A stretch of DNA of 64,000 nt from an uncultured Nitrospinota bacterium (GTDB lineage Bacteria; Tectomicrobia; Entotheonellia; J063; CAVPRW01). The stretch lies in the NCBI GenBank assembly GCA_963707985.1, contig CAVPRW010000002.1, forward strand, positions 1 to 64,000. Reading direction: 5' to 3'. Made by a program: the position numbers and the translations under genes. Within the stretch, counting starts at the first letter, position 1, and each line of letters begins with the position of its first letter. Positions 11,307 through 21,132 of this stretch are shown here, piece by piece. The notes under the pieces are model-generated. The model did not search any database. It was not told the origin of the DNA and worked only from the letters and a program-made list of their open reading frames with translations.

Positions 11307-12185
11307 ATGGCGACTGTCGGGACCGGCAAGTATCAGTATGAGTTGATCGAGAATTGGGCAAAGCTACCCCCAGGCGAGACGTTCGGCACTACCAGCGCGG
11401 TTGCCACCGATTCGCGCGATCGGGTCTATGTCTTCCAGCGTAAAGATCCACCGATGATGATTTTCGATCGCGATGGAACTTATCTGAATTGCTGGGGTAT
11501 TGGGGCGTTTGCCGATCCCCACGGCATCTACATTGAGAACGACATCGTCTATCTGACCGATCGGTCGGATTCGGTGTGTCTCATCTACACCCTCGACGGC
11601 AAACCGCTCCAGGTGTTGGGCAAGCGGGGCGAGCATTCGGACACCGGGGGGGAACGTCCTGGCGACCTTGTGCCTCGCGCGGCTGGACCGTTCAATTATC
11701 CGACGGAGATGGTGCCTGCGCCGTCTGGCGATCTCTACGTCTCCGATGGCTATCGCAATGCCAGAGTGCATCGGTTTGCTGCTGACGGTCGGTTACGGAT
11801 GTCATGGGGAGAGCCCGGCAAAACCGCACCGAACCAGTTCCATCTGCCCCACAGTCTGGTGCTCGACAAGGATGGCATCATTTACCTCTGTGACCGGGAA
11901 AATAGCCGCATCCAGGTCTTCTCGCCCGAGGGGAAATTTATCACCATGTGGACCGACATGCGCCGCCCTCTGGACATCTCTATAGATCAGGACGGCATTT
12001 TGTACATCAGCGAAGGTGGGCTGGAAGGGCTCTCTCCCCGCGTCAGTCTGATGGACAAGCAGGGAAACGTCGTGGCCCGATGGGATTCCCTATCGGCTCA
12101 CGGGAGCTGGGTGGACGCGCATGGAGATATCTACATGGCGCTGGGAGCGTTGGCGCGGGTAGACAAATACGTGCGCCAGCGCTGA
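11307..12185 (+). CDS. NHL-repeat beta-propeller, peptidyl-alpha-hydroxyglycine lyase (PAL)-like
   Basis: DPHGI, FNYPT, YVSDGYRNARV, QFHLPHS, CDRENSRIQVF. Confidence 0.85.
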   Translation: MATVGTGKYQYELIENWAKLPPGETFGTTSAVATDSRDRVYVFQRKDPPMMIFDRDGTYLNCWGIGAFADPHGIYIENDIVYLTDRSDSVCLIYTLDGKPLQVLGKRGEHSDTGGERPGDLVPRAAGPFNYPTEMVPAPSGDLYVSDGYRNARVHRFAADGRLRMSWGEPGKTAPNQFHLPHSLVLDKDGIIYLCDRENSRIQVFSPEGKFITMWTDMRRPLDISIDQDGILYISEGGLEGLSPRVSLMDKQGNVVARWDSLSAHGSWVDAHGDIYMALGALARVDKYVRQR

Positions 12186-12219
12186 GCGGTTCAAATCTGC
12201 CCACGGCAGGCTTACAGCG

Positions 12220-12270
12220 TCGGCCGATGTTCCCTCTCCGTCTCCGCCTGAGAGAGGGAACATCGGCCGA
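12220..12270. terminator. Perfect 19-bp inverted repeat between convergent genes (probable bidirectional terminator or REP-like element)
   Basis: TCGGCCGATGTTCCCTCTC (12220-12238) pairs with GAGAGGGAACATCGGCCGA (12252-12270). Confidence 0.7.
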
Positions 12271-12301
12271 GTGCTGAACTTGGCTCTTTGGGTGGCCTGC
12301 C

Positions 12302-13378
12302 TCACATCTTCTCCCGCAGACGGGGAGCGACCTCCTGGGCGAACAGGTTCATCGAGCGTAACGCCCGATCGAGGGGGATGCCTCCACCGATATTGGGTTC
12401 AATGATGATCCCCGATAAGCCCAATGCTTGCTGCGCTGCGCGCAGGCGTGTCGTGACATGCGTGGGTGTGCCGAAGACTGCGCGTTCTTGTAGGACCTCA
12501 TCATACGTGAGTGTCGCGAGTTGCGCAGCCTTTGCGATGCGCTCGGCGCTTTCGACACGTTGCGGACTCCTGAGATAGCCCTGCCGCAGGCGTTCGTAAT
12601 AGGGCATAACACCGGCTTGGGGGTCTGCCTGCGCCTGCTGTTGTGTGGCGGCTACGTAGATCGGCAGACGCAATCGCACTTCGCCCCGTCCGGGGTGGCC
12701 GGCAGTCCGCCAGGCAGCTTGGTAGACCGCGATGACGGGTGCGAGCTCTGACATAGGGGTGCCGATGAGCGCCACCAGCAACGACAGCCCCATCGTACCC
12801 GCGGCCGCGAAGGTCTCACGTGTAGCTGCGGCCTGGTGGAGTGGCGGGTGTGGTTGCTGATAAGGCTTGGGGAGCACTTCCAGGTCTTGACAGGTGTAAA
12901 ACTTTCCAGCGTAGGAGAACCGTGGCTGGGTCCAGGCTAATCGCATGACGTCCAGGTATTCCCGGAAGCGCGCTCGACTTTCCTCATAAGGGATGTTATA
13001 GCCATCATAGGCTCGGGGGAAGCTGCTCCGACCGATCCCAAGCTCAAGGCGACCGTGGCTCAAATGATCGAGCGTGGCGACTTCTTCCGCCAAACGCACC
13101 GGATGTCCCAAGGGTAACAGAAGGACAGCGGTGCCAATGCGTAGCCGACTCGTCCGCGTGGCGATGGCGGTTGCCAAGAGCAGAGGAGCTGAGCCGATGG
13201 AAGAGATCAGGGCCGACCCCCCTGGTGGGGAGAAATGACGCTCCGCCAACCAGATGCTGTCGAAGCCCAAAGTTTCAGCCAGGTCTGCCGTCGTCAACAT
13301 GGCGTCAAAGGCCTCGCGCTGTGTCTGGCCTTCGCGGTAGTCGCCATCCATCATCAAGCCGATATCCATACCCGTCAT
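12302..13378 (-). CDS. LLM-class flavin-dependent oxidoreductase
   Basis: AETLGFDSIWLAERHF, HPVRLAEEVATLDHLSHGRLELGIGR, PKPYQQPHPP, LFAQEVAP; RBS GGAAGGAG. Confidence 0.93.
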   Translation of the reverse strand: MTGMDIGLMMDGDYREGQTQREAFDAMLTTADLAETLGFDSIWLAERHFSPPGGSALISSIGSAPLLLATAIATRTSRLRIGTAVLLLPLGHPVRLAEEVATLDHLSHGRLELGIGRSSFPRAYDGYNIPYEESRARFREYLDVMRLAWTQPRFSYAGKFYTCQDLEVLPKPYQQPHPPLHQAAATRETFAAAGTMGLSLLVALIGTPMSELAPVIAVYQAAWRTAGHPGRGEVRLRLPIYVAATQQQAQADPQAGVMPYYERLRQGYLRSPQRVESAERIAKAAQLATLTYDEVLQERAVFGTPTHVTTRLRAAQQALGLSGIIIEPNIGGGIPLDRALRSMNLFAQEVAPRLREKM

Positions 13379-13702
13379 CCTCTCCTTCCCAGGCACGCCT
13401 GCGCTAGTACAAGCTGGCTCAGCAGGCGTGCTGGGCTCAGCTGTCTGCAACCCTCCGTCTGCTCAATGAAATTCTACCGCTTGAGGCCCGCGCGAGCAAC
13501 AGCTAGATGCCTCGCTCCTATCTGACCGGAGGCTTACGCGGCAGCAGCAGGCTGTTGGGGGACAGTTCAGGGCGAGCCCGTTATTCCGATGTTGCCATAG
13601 TGCCGTGCTTTGGACTAATATCTGGTGAACTGTTTTATTCTTTGACATCATAACCGTTTCATGACTGCTCCATCCACTGAGGTCACAGAGAGGAGTGAAG
13701 AT

Positions 13703-14299
13703 ATGGAAGAGTGCCAAGCGGTCTTCGATAACCGATTTACGCAAGCCTTTGGGGTTCCAGCTGAGCGCACACAGACCAAGGTCAAAGACTTCTTACCTGA
13801 ACCTGTCAAAGCGTTCATCGCTGAGTCCCCGTTCCTGGTGATGTCTACCAGTGACGGCCAAGGACACTGCGACGCATCGCCCAAAGGGGGCGAGCCAGGC
13901 TTTGTCAGAATATTGGACGACCACCATTTGCTGCTTCCCGACGTGGCTGGGAACAAGCTGTTTCAATCCTATCTCAACATGGATGAAAACCCCCATGTCG
14001 GCCTCGTCTTCTTCATCCCGGGCATATCCGAAGTGGTGCGCGTGAACGGGCGGGTGACGATTGTTAGCCGAGAAGCTCTCGACCGCCATCAGGTCGAACA
14101 CTCGATGTACAATCTCGACGGCGACCGAGCCGTTCAGCAAGGCATCATCATTGAGGTGGAGGAAGCCTACACCCATTGCCCTCGTGCCGCGAATTACTCG
14201 CGGGTTTGGGATGAGGAGGAAATTCGGCGCAGAAAACAGAGTGGTCAGCATCCGCTGCGCGGTGTGGCCGTTCCTGCCGGCAGCCCTGCAGGGGGATAG
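13703..14299 (+). CDS. Pyridoxamine 5'-phosphate oxidase-like FMN-binding protein (MSMEG_1061-like)
   Basis: FIAESPFLVMST, CDASPKGGEPGFV, PDVAGN, VRVNGR, EEAYTHCPRA. Confidence 0.88.
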   Translation: MEECQAVFDNRFTQAFGVPAERTQTKVKDFLPEPVKAFIAESPFLVMSTSDGQGHCDASPKGGEPGFVRILDDHHLLLPDVAGNKLFQSYLNMDENPHVGLVFFIPGISEVVRVNGRVTIVSREALDRHQVEHSMYNLDGDRAVQQGIIIEVEEAYTHCPRAANYSRVWDEEEIRRRKQSGQHPLRGVAVPAGSPAGG

Positions 14300-14443
14300 C
14301 GTTCAAGGGGTGGGGCGCGGTGTCGACCAGCGGCCCCCCCTGGACTCGTGCCAGTATCACCAGGCACCAGGGCACTTGAGGCCTGCTCGTCATTTCCAGG
14401 CTGCCACGTCCGTGCGAAGTGATGCGGTCAAGGGAGAGACCAC

Positions 14444-15050
14444 ATGGGTATTCCGATCGTCTGGCAACCTGGGCTCGAAGGCGGCCAGGATCTGTGGCTT
14501 AGCGATGTCGGCCGTCCGCACCTACAATTGCTGGCAGTGGACACAGCCCGAAAGCCGGGAGACCGTCGAGCGGTGGGCCGCACAGGCTGACTCGGTACCC
14601 GAGTTCCTGGAAATGCTGCACCTGGAAGGCCTCATTGACCTCGAGCGCTATCAATCGCTAGTGCGGCAACATGACCCTCTTTACGCTGCCGCCTGCGCGG
14701 TATTGGCGTGCTTGCCCCATCGGCGTATTGGCGAGCGGATGGATGATCCCCCGGGTGAGTTGTACCCACTCATCGAATGCATGACCCAGGTCCTCGAGCC
14801 CTTTGTTGCCGAGCCGATCGCCCGCGCCATCATCGCCGATGCCCTGGGAACCTATTGGGCGAGCTGGATCGGCCGTCGTGAGGACCTCGATCATGACGTC
14901 AATGCTGCTCGCCAGGCCCTCAATGAAGTGTTGACCGGGGCCAGCATGGGGGTCCGTATCGTCCAGCCGGGGGATCTCATCCTGACACCAGAAGCCGTGC
15001 GAGCCATGATCGGTTATGTCTTGGAAACCCACCCACAAGGGGATATCTAA
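14444..15050 (+). CDS. Hypothetical protein, probably frameshifted near its 5' end
   Basis: RBS plus ATG at 14444 in one frame; a protein-like helical body (SVPEFLEMLHLEGLIDLERY...) continues in the frame of ORF 14061..15050. Confidence 0.5.
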
Positions 15051-15138
15051 CGCAACCCATGGAGCCCCTCACGCCTCCCGGCATGGCGCGGTATCGACCG
15101 CTGGGCAGCGCTGGGCAGGGTATGAAGGAGGGGGTGAG

Positions 15139-15642
15139 ATGACGGAACCACTCTTCTTCGATTGCCTGACGGATGCCCAGTTCTGGTCGCTGTTCGACTC
15201 TGGGGTGCTCCATGCCTACATGCTGCCGAGGGCAGTATTCCAACGCCTTGAGCCCCTCGCTTCTGCCCACGGCTGTTACCTCTTCGCTTGGCCCGTGGAC
15301 ATGCCGCTGCCTCTCCTACAGGATATTGTCCCGAGTCTAGCCTTGCGTGGACAGGAATCACCACAGCAGGCTCATAGCGACGCCCTGCAGACGCCCAGGA
15401 GTACAGAGGGGTTCCGCTCGGAAATCGAAGCATTCTGTGCCCGCGTACACGCCGAAATGTCGACTGAGGGTGGACAGGTCCACGTCATTACGATGAACCC
15501 TGACATCGAGCTTCGAGCTGGACCATATCTGGAACCCACGGCCCGCGACTTGGCTGCCATGTCCATACCGGAGTTGGAGGCGTATTTGGACGCCATGCTG
15601 CGCTTGGAGCACGGGGACGATAACGGTGCCGCTTCTGCTTAG
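15139..15642 (+). CDS. Hypothetical protein
   Basis: Strong RBS AAGGAGG before ATG 15139 (MTEPLFFDCL...); protein-like composition; no recognised motif. Confidence 0.55.
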   Translation: MTEPLFFDCLTDAQFWSLFDSGVLHAYMLPRAVFQRLEPLASAHGCYLFAWPVDMPLPLLQDIVPSLALRGQESPQQAHSDALQTPRSTEGFRSEIEAFCARVHAEMSTEGGQVHVITMNPDIELRAGPYLEPTARDLAAMSIPELEAYLDAMLRLEHGDDNGAASA

Positions 15643-16149
15643 TGTTTAGATCGAATCAATAGTTCAAGTTTGACCAATATTTGCAACTCATTGACGACTC
15701 ACGAACTTTTTGACTTATGCCGCTGCCGGCTCCGCCCCAATGTGTACCGCTGTGCATCAACTTGAAGTTATCCCACCGTGAGGAATTTCAAAATCCTCCC
15801 ATATTTTCCAGCGTAAAGCTCCCTCCCGTAAGGGTGGTATAACCCTTGCTCTTTAGTACTGACCGATCAGGGCATTTCAGGGTATGCGGCAGGATGATAC
15901 GAATCAGGGCGTTCACACCAATTCCGTGCACCCAACTTGGGAGGAGAACCGGCCTGCAGCGCTAGACCTTATCCAACGTGCGCTGTGAACGAGGCAGTTC
16001 TCGTAAGGGGCGCTTTTTCCGTAACAACCTTTAAATTGGGTTGTCGTGTATTCGAAAGGAGGTGATGGCGCGAGAAAAATGTCGGTGCCGGGAAGTTCCG
16101 ACGAATACGCTGCAATGAATGGCACTTGGCAACTCACGAGGAGAAAGAC

Positions 16150-17409
16150 ATGGCGCAAGCGGAGAGAAGACCGGAGAGAAGAACGAGGATAGTGACATTC
16201 AAGCGCAAGGATCAGCGCCCGGACCGCGCGACCGACAAGGTAGATATCGTCCGCAGTGTCCTAACTCAGGGCGTGCAGCCGCACTTCTTGGACGCGATGA
16301 CGCTGGCAATAGGCACAGCGCATTTGCCGCTTGAACCTCAGCTGATGGCCTACGACGTGAATCAATACGAGGTCCCCATCGTTACCGCGCAGCTTACCGA
16401 TGGCGAAACCGACACTCTTCGGCAGAATGGCAACGTGGCGATGGTCGAGGACGATGCTCCGTGCTACGCCCTAGGTGGTCCATTCGACCACCTAGCCGTT
16501 GAAAACCAGCCGTCCCCGCTAGCTGAAACCATTCCCGCCGGCGTCCAGCAGGTGAACGCACCACAGGCCTGGGACTACTCTCAAGGCAAGGGTATACGCG
16601 TAGCCGTCGTAGACACCGGGATCGACTTCAACCACCCGGACCTCAAGCCCAACTATGTCGGCGGCGCGAGCTTTGTACCGGGAACTGCCACGCCCATGGA
16701 TGATCATGGTCATGGCACGCACTGTGCCGGCACGATTGCTGCCGCGATCAACGGCTCGAACGTAGTGGGCGTTGCACCGCTGGCATCGCTCTACGCCGTC
16801 AAAGTGCTCGACCAAAACGGAAGCGGCCAGTTCTCCTGGATCATCGCCGGTATCGACTGGTGTATCCAGCACCGCATACACGTAATCAGCATGAGCCTTG
16901 GCGCCCCCAGCGCCCCGGCGGCAATGAAAACGATGTGCGACACGGCCTGGAGCAAAGGCCTGCTGCTGGTGGCCGCGGCCGGTAACGCACAAATGCAAAC
17001 CCCGGTCCCGCCGGCCGCCTCCAACGTCGGTTTTCCAGCAAAATACCAGAATGTCATTGCGGTATCCGCCATCGACTCGTCCAATGCGATTGCTTCGTTC
17101 AGCAGTCGTGGCCCGGAGGTCGACGTCTGCGCTCCAGGAGTAAGCGTGCTGTCGGACAAGCTCGGCAGTGGAACGACCGTGATGAGCGGCACCAGTATGG
17201 CGTGCCCGCACGTGGCCGGGGTGGCGGCGGTGGCCTGGGGGTCGCACCGCTTTTCGAACAATGAGCAGATCTGGAATCTGCTCGCTTCCACTGTCGACAA
17301 CCTCGGTGTCCCAGGCTGGGATCTCTTCTATGGTTATGGGCGCGTCAATGCCTTGGCGGCCGCTGCATCGATGATCCCACCGCCGGTGGTGCCAAAGCGC
17401 GGGATCTAG
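16150..17409 (+). CDS. S8 subtilisin-like serine protease with N-terminal prodomain and no signal peptide
   Basis: Catalytic triad VVDTGID, HGHGTHCAG, GTSMACPHVAG; oxyanion AAAGN; C-terminal YGYGRVNA; charged N-terminus without a hydrophobic stretch. Confidence 0.95.
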   Translation: MAQAERRPERRTRIVTFKRKDQRPDRATDKVDIVRSVLTQGVQPHFLDAMTLAIGTAHLPLEPQLMAYDVNQYEVPIVTAQLTDGETDTLRQNGNVAMVEDDAPCYALGGPFDHLAVENQPSPLAETIPAGVQQVNAPQAWDYSQGKGIRVAVVDTGIDFNHPDLKPNYVGGASFVPGTATPMDDHGHGTHCAGTIAAAINGSNVVGVAPLASLYAVKVLDQNGSGQFSWIIAGIDWCIQHRIHVISMSLGAPSAPAAMKTMCDTAWSKGLLLVAAAGNAQMQTPVPPAASNVGFPAKYQNVIAVSAIDSSNAIASFSSRGPEVDVCAPGVSVLSDKLGSGTTVMSGTSMACPHVAGVAAVAWGSHRFSNNEQIWNLLASTVDNLGVPGWDLFYGYGRVNALAAAASMIPPPVVPKRGI

Positions 17410-17422
17410 GCACCCGCACCAA

Positions 17423-17448
17423 CCGGGCCGGGCCAGACATCGGCCCGG
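17423..17448 (+). terminator. GC hairpin after the S8 gene
   Basis: CCGGGCCG-N10-CGGCCCGG, 13 nt after the stop; weak U tail. Confidence 0.4.
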
Positions 17449-17698
17449 CTCATGTTCTATCGAACAAAGGCATTCGAATATTTCTTAGCGTCTGTGGGAT
17501 GCAGAAGGTTGTCTGTACACTTGATATCCAGTGGCGAAGGCGATCTGGGCAAAGGCTGTAGACATACTGAAACCACTCCATGCAAATATATCGGCAACTG
17601 ATCGAGCTTTACTCCCCGTAATCTCGATTTCGCTAATTGTGATCGGCATGCAGCCCATTTCTGAAGCAGTAGGCTCCCATAGGAGGGATAAATCAACT

Positions 17699-18520
17699 AT
17701 GACTGAGGTGCAAGTCTTTCCTCTCGTGTCCAATATGACGCTGCCCAAGTCCGCGCCAGCGGCGACGCGGTCACCAATCCCACCGGGCTATGGCGTACAG
17801 GAACATTGTTTACCATTCACAGCAGCGACGGCGCTGGGATTCCTCATTGAGTCCCCGATTGCGTTTGGCTTGTGCGTCCCTACTGACGTCCCCGCAGATG
17901 GCCATGCCTTTCGCTCACCCCTCGATCGGCCCCAATCCGACGGGACTTTCGAAGACGAACGGATGTTCTACGTGAAAGACAATCCACGCTGCAGCTTTGT
18001 CAACAACGCTTATACGCTGGATACCTTTGAAGTCGCCGGCGCTCAAGGGAAACGAGCTTTTGCTCCAGTAGAACCGGGCATTAGCTTTTTCGACCGCACA
18101 GATCAACTAGACCTCTTCAAGCTTCATCTGCCTTATATCTGGAGAACGGCGCCCGACACCGACACCCTGTTCTTGCCAGCCATCAATCGGCCAATGCCTC
18201 CGCTCGCTGTGCTATCTGGACTAGTGGAGACTGACTGGTATGCCAGTCCCGTCAATCTTGTCATTCGCAAACCGCCTGGCAAGCATGCTATCCACGTGGC
18301 AGTAGGTGATCCTGTCGCCCAAGCCATATTGGTGAAACGCTCAGACCGGCACCCAGACCTGAAGGTGATCGCGTCGCATGCGCGCGGGGCTCGTGACCTC
18401 CGCACTGCATTGGCCGAGTGGTACGAGCATCGCGCGCAAGAGCGCAGCGCATACAAGATATCTGCTCGCAGCCATCACGGCCGCGTCCCAATGGAAAAGC
18501 CCTCAGAACCAGTCTCATAA
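17699..18520 (+). CDS. DUF6065-like protein with dUTPase-like C-terminal motifs
   Basis: EHCLPFTAATALGFLI and LSGLVETDWY...GDPVAQAILV resemble DUF6065 and trimeric dUTPase motifs 3 and 4; RBS AGGAGG. Confidence 0.6.
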   Translation: MTEVQVFPLVSNMTLPKSAPAATRSPIPPGYGVQEHCLPFTAATALGFLIESPIAFGLCVPTDVPADGHAFRSPLDRPQSDGTFEDERMFYVKDNPRCSFVNNAYTLDTFEVAGAQGKRAFAPVEPGISFFDRTDQLDLFKLHLPYIWRTAPDTDTLFLPAINRPMPPLAVLSGLVETDWYASPVNLVIRKPPGKHAIHVAVGDPVAQAILVKRSDRHPDLKVIASHARGARDLRTALAEWYEHRAQERSAYKISARSHHGRVPMEKPSEPVS

Positions 18521-18629
18521 GTAAAACCACCGGACCGCGAAAAGCAGAGAGCACAAGCAGCGGGTAGATTCGTCCGGGAGATCCATCATCGCGTTATGCA
18601 AGATCGCGGATCTCCTTACTCATACGATG

Positions 18630-18893
18630 CTAAAGCGCCCACGCCGTTTCATCATATTCTATCGTCTCTACCTGATCCAATTCGGCCAGCGCGTTTACGT
18701 CCGCGGCAACGAGCGTCCCCGCGACGGCGGGGATGTTCGCGAAGGCTCGCTGAATCTTCAGGCCCTTTTGCTCCAACGCAGCCAGGTCCGCCCCACCTCT
18801 GAGCGTGACAATGACAGGAACCTCCCGTTGCGGCTCTGTTATCGAGGTTTCATCAAGTCGCTTCAACAATCCATCGCTAATTTTTCCTGACAT
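18630..18893 (-). CDS. Stand-alone subtilase propeptide-like (inhibitor I9-like) protein, 87 aa
   Basis: VPVIVTL...KIQRAFANIPAVAGTL...VNALAELDQVETIEYDETAWAL follows the I9/prodomain pattern; strong RBS. Confidence 0.75.
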   Translation of the reverse strand: MSGKISDGLLKRLDETSITEPQREVPVIVTLRGGADLAALEQKGLKIQRAFANIPAVAGTLVAADVNALAELDQVETIEYDETAWAL

Positions 18894-18928
18894 AACCACT
18901 CCCCCTTTCATTGATACTGCATAAACAA

Positions 18929-18957
18929 AGCCTATTGCTCCCTTAGCTAGTTGTCAA
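18929..18957 (-). promoter_or_regulatory. Sigma70-type promoter for the I9-like gene
   Basis: TTGACA-17 nt-TAGGCT on the minus strand. Confidence 0.55.
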
Positions 18958-19133
18958 GAATGAATGCCCACGCCAAATGGCCAAACTGGAGTTCAGGCTG
19001 CTTGACTCCCGTATTTTCTATCAGGCTGATCGTGCAAAATCTTTGCTTACGTGATGAGTCACCGAAATCTGCGGCTTTTTGTGCAAAGCCCCCGGATGAT
19101 GAGGGAATGCTGTCTGGGCACTCGATCTGGTGC

Positions 19134-20661
19134 TTATACTTCCGGCGACGAGGGAGGAGTTTGGGAGATGATCGGTGCAGCATAGCGATTGACGGCGTAC
19201 GGGAGCGCCACGGCAGCACGGCAGGCAGCGGCGACATAGGGCCGCAATTGCTGCGCCAAGGCCCAGGCCGTGGTATTTTGCGCGCGCAGGCGGTCCGCGG
19301 CCTCCTGAGCCTGGCTCCGTAGCTCAGCTTCGTCCACAGTCAACACCCGCCCTTGGTCGAGGACCACCCGTCCGCCCACCAGGACAGTGTTGACATCGGC
19401 GCCGGACTCGGCATACACCAGCGCATTGAGAGGTTGATTCAACGGTTGCAAAAACACGGAATTTGCCCGCAGTAGCACGAGGTCGGCCTTCCGTCCCGGC
19501 GCGACTATGCCGATGTCATCTGCCAGGCCAAGGGTGCGCGCACTGCCCTGCGTGGCCATGTGATAGACCTCTCTGGCGCCCACCCAGTGGTCCTGATCAT
19601 GAGGAAAGCGGACTTTGTTGACCAGCGCTGCAAAGCGCATGGCCTCAAACATGTTCAGATTATCGGAGCTCATCGATCCGTCAGTCCCCAAACCAACCGT
19701 CAGCCCACGATCCAGCATCTCTCGCGTCGGTGCGATACCACTGCCGAGTTTGAGATTGCTGGCCGGATTGTGCGCCACGGCCGCACCGGCATCGGCTAAC
19801 CGTTGCATGTCTTCGGGAGTGAGCCAGACCCCATGCGCTCCCACAAACCCGGGTCGGACCAGGCCGAGCTCGGCCAGATGGCCGACGATCGTCGTGCCCC
19901 AGCGCCGTTGCGCGTAGACGGCCTGGATCTTCGATTCGGCCAAATGTGTATGTAACCCCACAGCCATATTCCTGCGCCAGGCGCCCGCAACCCAGCAAAA
20001 AGTCATCGCTGCACTGTCCGGGAATCGTGGGGGCCACGGCGACGCGGATACGCCCACCGGCGGCGCCATGCCAGAGACGCAGGGTATTTTCAGTCAGCTG
20101 CAGAAGGCCCGCCGTGGGATCGGCCTGGATGTGCTCCACCGTTTGACGCAGATCAGGCGGGAGGATCTCGAACAGACCTGGAACGACTTGATAAAAGACG
20201 ATATCGCCAACCGCTGGCGCGACGACCGCTCGTACTCCAACGTCGATATAAGCCCGCACCACGGCCTCGACCACCTCGCTGCTTGGGGCGGGGACGGACA
20301 TGAAGAGGTCGTACGCGGCCGTGCACCCGGTCTTGAGCATCTCGATGGCGCCGATTGCGGCGGAGAGGTAGTGATCTTCCGGAGTACGGCAGCCGTTCAA
20401 GGCTGGACCATGTGTGAGGAGGTCTTCAAGCGTCCAGTTGTCGGCCAGCCCCTTGAGTAAATTGTTGTGCGCATGCGTGTGGGCGTTGACGAGGCCGGGG
20501 AGTATAAGGTGTCCGGTGGCGTTCAACTCCTCGGTGCCGGGCGGGCAGGAGAGCTTGCACCCCACAGCCACGATCTGATCGGCGTCGATGAGCACGTCGG
20601 CGGGTTCCAGAGCCGTCTGCGCGCTGTTCATCACCTGTCCGCCACGAATCAATAAAGCCAT
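19134..20661 (-). CDS. Metal-dependent amidohydrolase/deaminase (AtzB/MtaD/SsnA-like), 1-nt frameshift near 19960
   Basis: PGLVNAHTH, LHTHLAES, GAHGVW, AHNPASNLKLGSG, LGTDG, GRKADLV across ORFs 19681..20661 and 19134..20069. Confidence 0.9.
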
Positions 20662-20756
20662 ATGGGCGCCCCCTCAGGACACTGTGCGTCGGATGCGCGC
20701 CCTTCTTGCCAGAGAATCGTTGCGACGCGCAGGCCCGCGATGATCGGTATCGGACT

Positions 20757-21086
20757 TCAGTGTGACTCAATCCCGTCGAATCCTAGCTGTAACAGGGTCT
20801 GGCAGTCGATGCACACCAACCTGGCCGGGGCACTCCCCTCCGTGGGAACCATGTAGACCGCGAGGCTCTCACACTGCGCGCAGGCGACTGTCGGTGCGAG
20901 GGAATCGCGTTCCCGCGGCGGAGTTTCGATTCCGCCGAGCTTCTGCCCCAAGGGTTCGGTGAACAACTCGAAGGTGGTGTAGCAGCCGGAGCAGATGTGA
21001 TTGAAGCAGCATTGAGGCTCGCAGGTATAGGTAATCGCGCTGGAGCCGCATGACGGACATTGCACTATCAGCGGCTGAGGCGTCAT
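20757..21086 (-). CDS. Small Cys-rich protein (two CxxC-pair zinc ribbons plus a C-x3-CC-x2-H motif)
   Basis: CPSC, CEPQCCFNHICSGC, CAQC, CIDC; RBS GGAGGAG. Confidence 0.75.
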   Translation of the reverse strand: MTPQPLIVQCPSCGSSAITYTCEPQCCFNHICSGCYTTFELFTEPLGQKLGGIETPPRERDSLAPTVACAQCESLAVYMVPTEGSAPARLVCIDCQTLLQLGFDGIESH

Positions 21087-21132
21087 GTGTGGCTCTCCTC
21101 CGTCGTGCGACGCACCATCAAAACTCCACCGG

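Noticed and set aside
16054..16118. Perfect Shine-Dalgarno AAAGGAGGTGA followed by a 17-codon ORF upstream of the S8 gene
   Set aside because: SD-to-start spacing is too short and there is no other support for a peptide or RiPP precursor.
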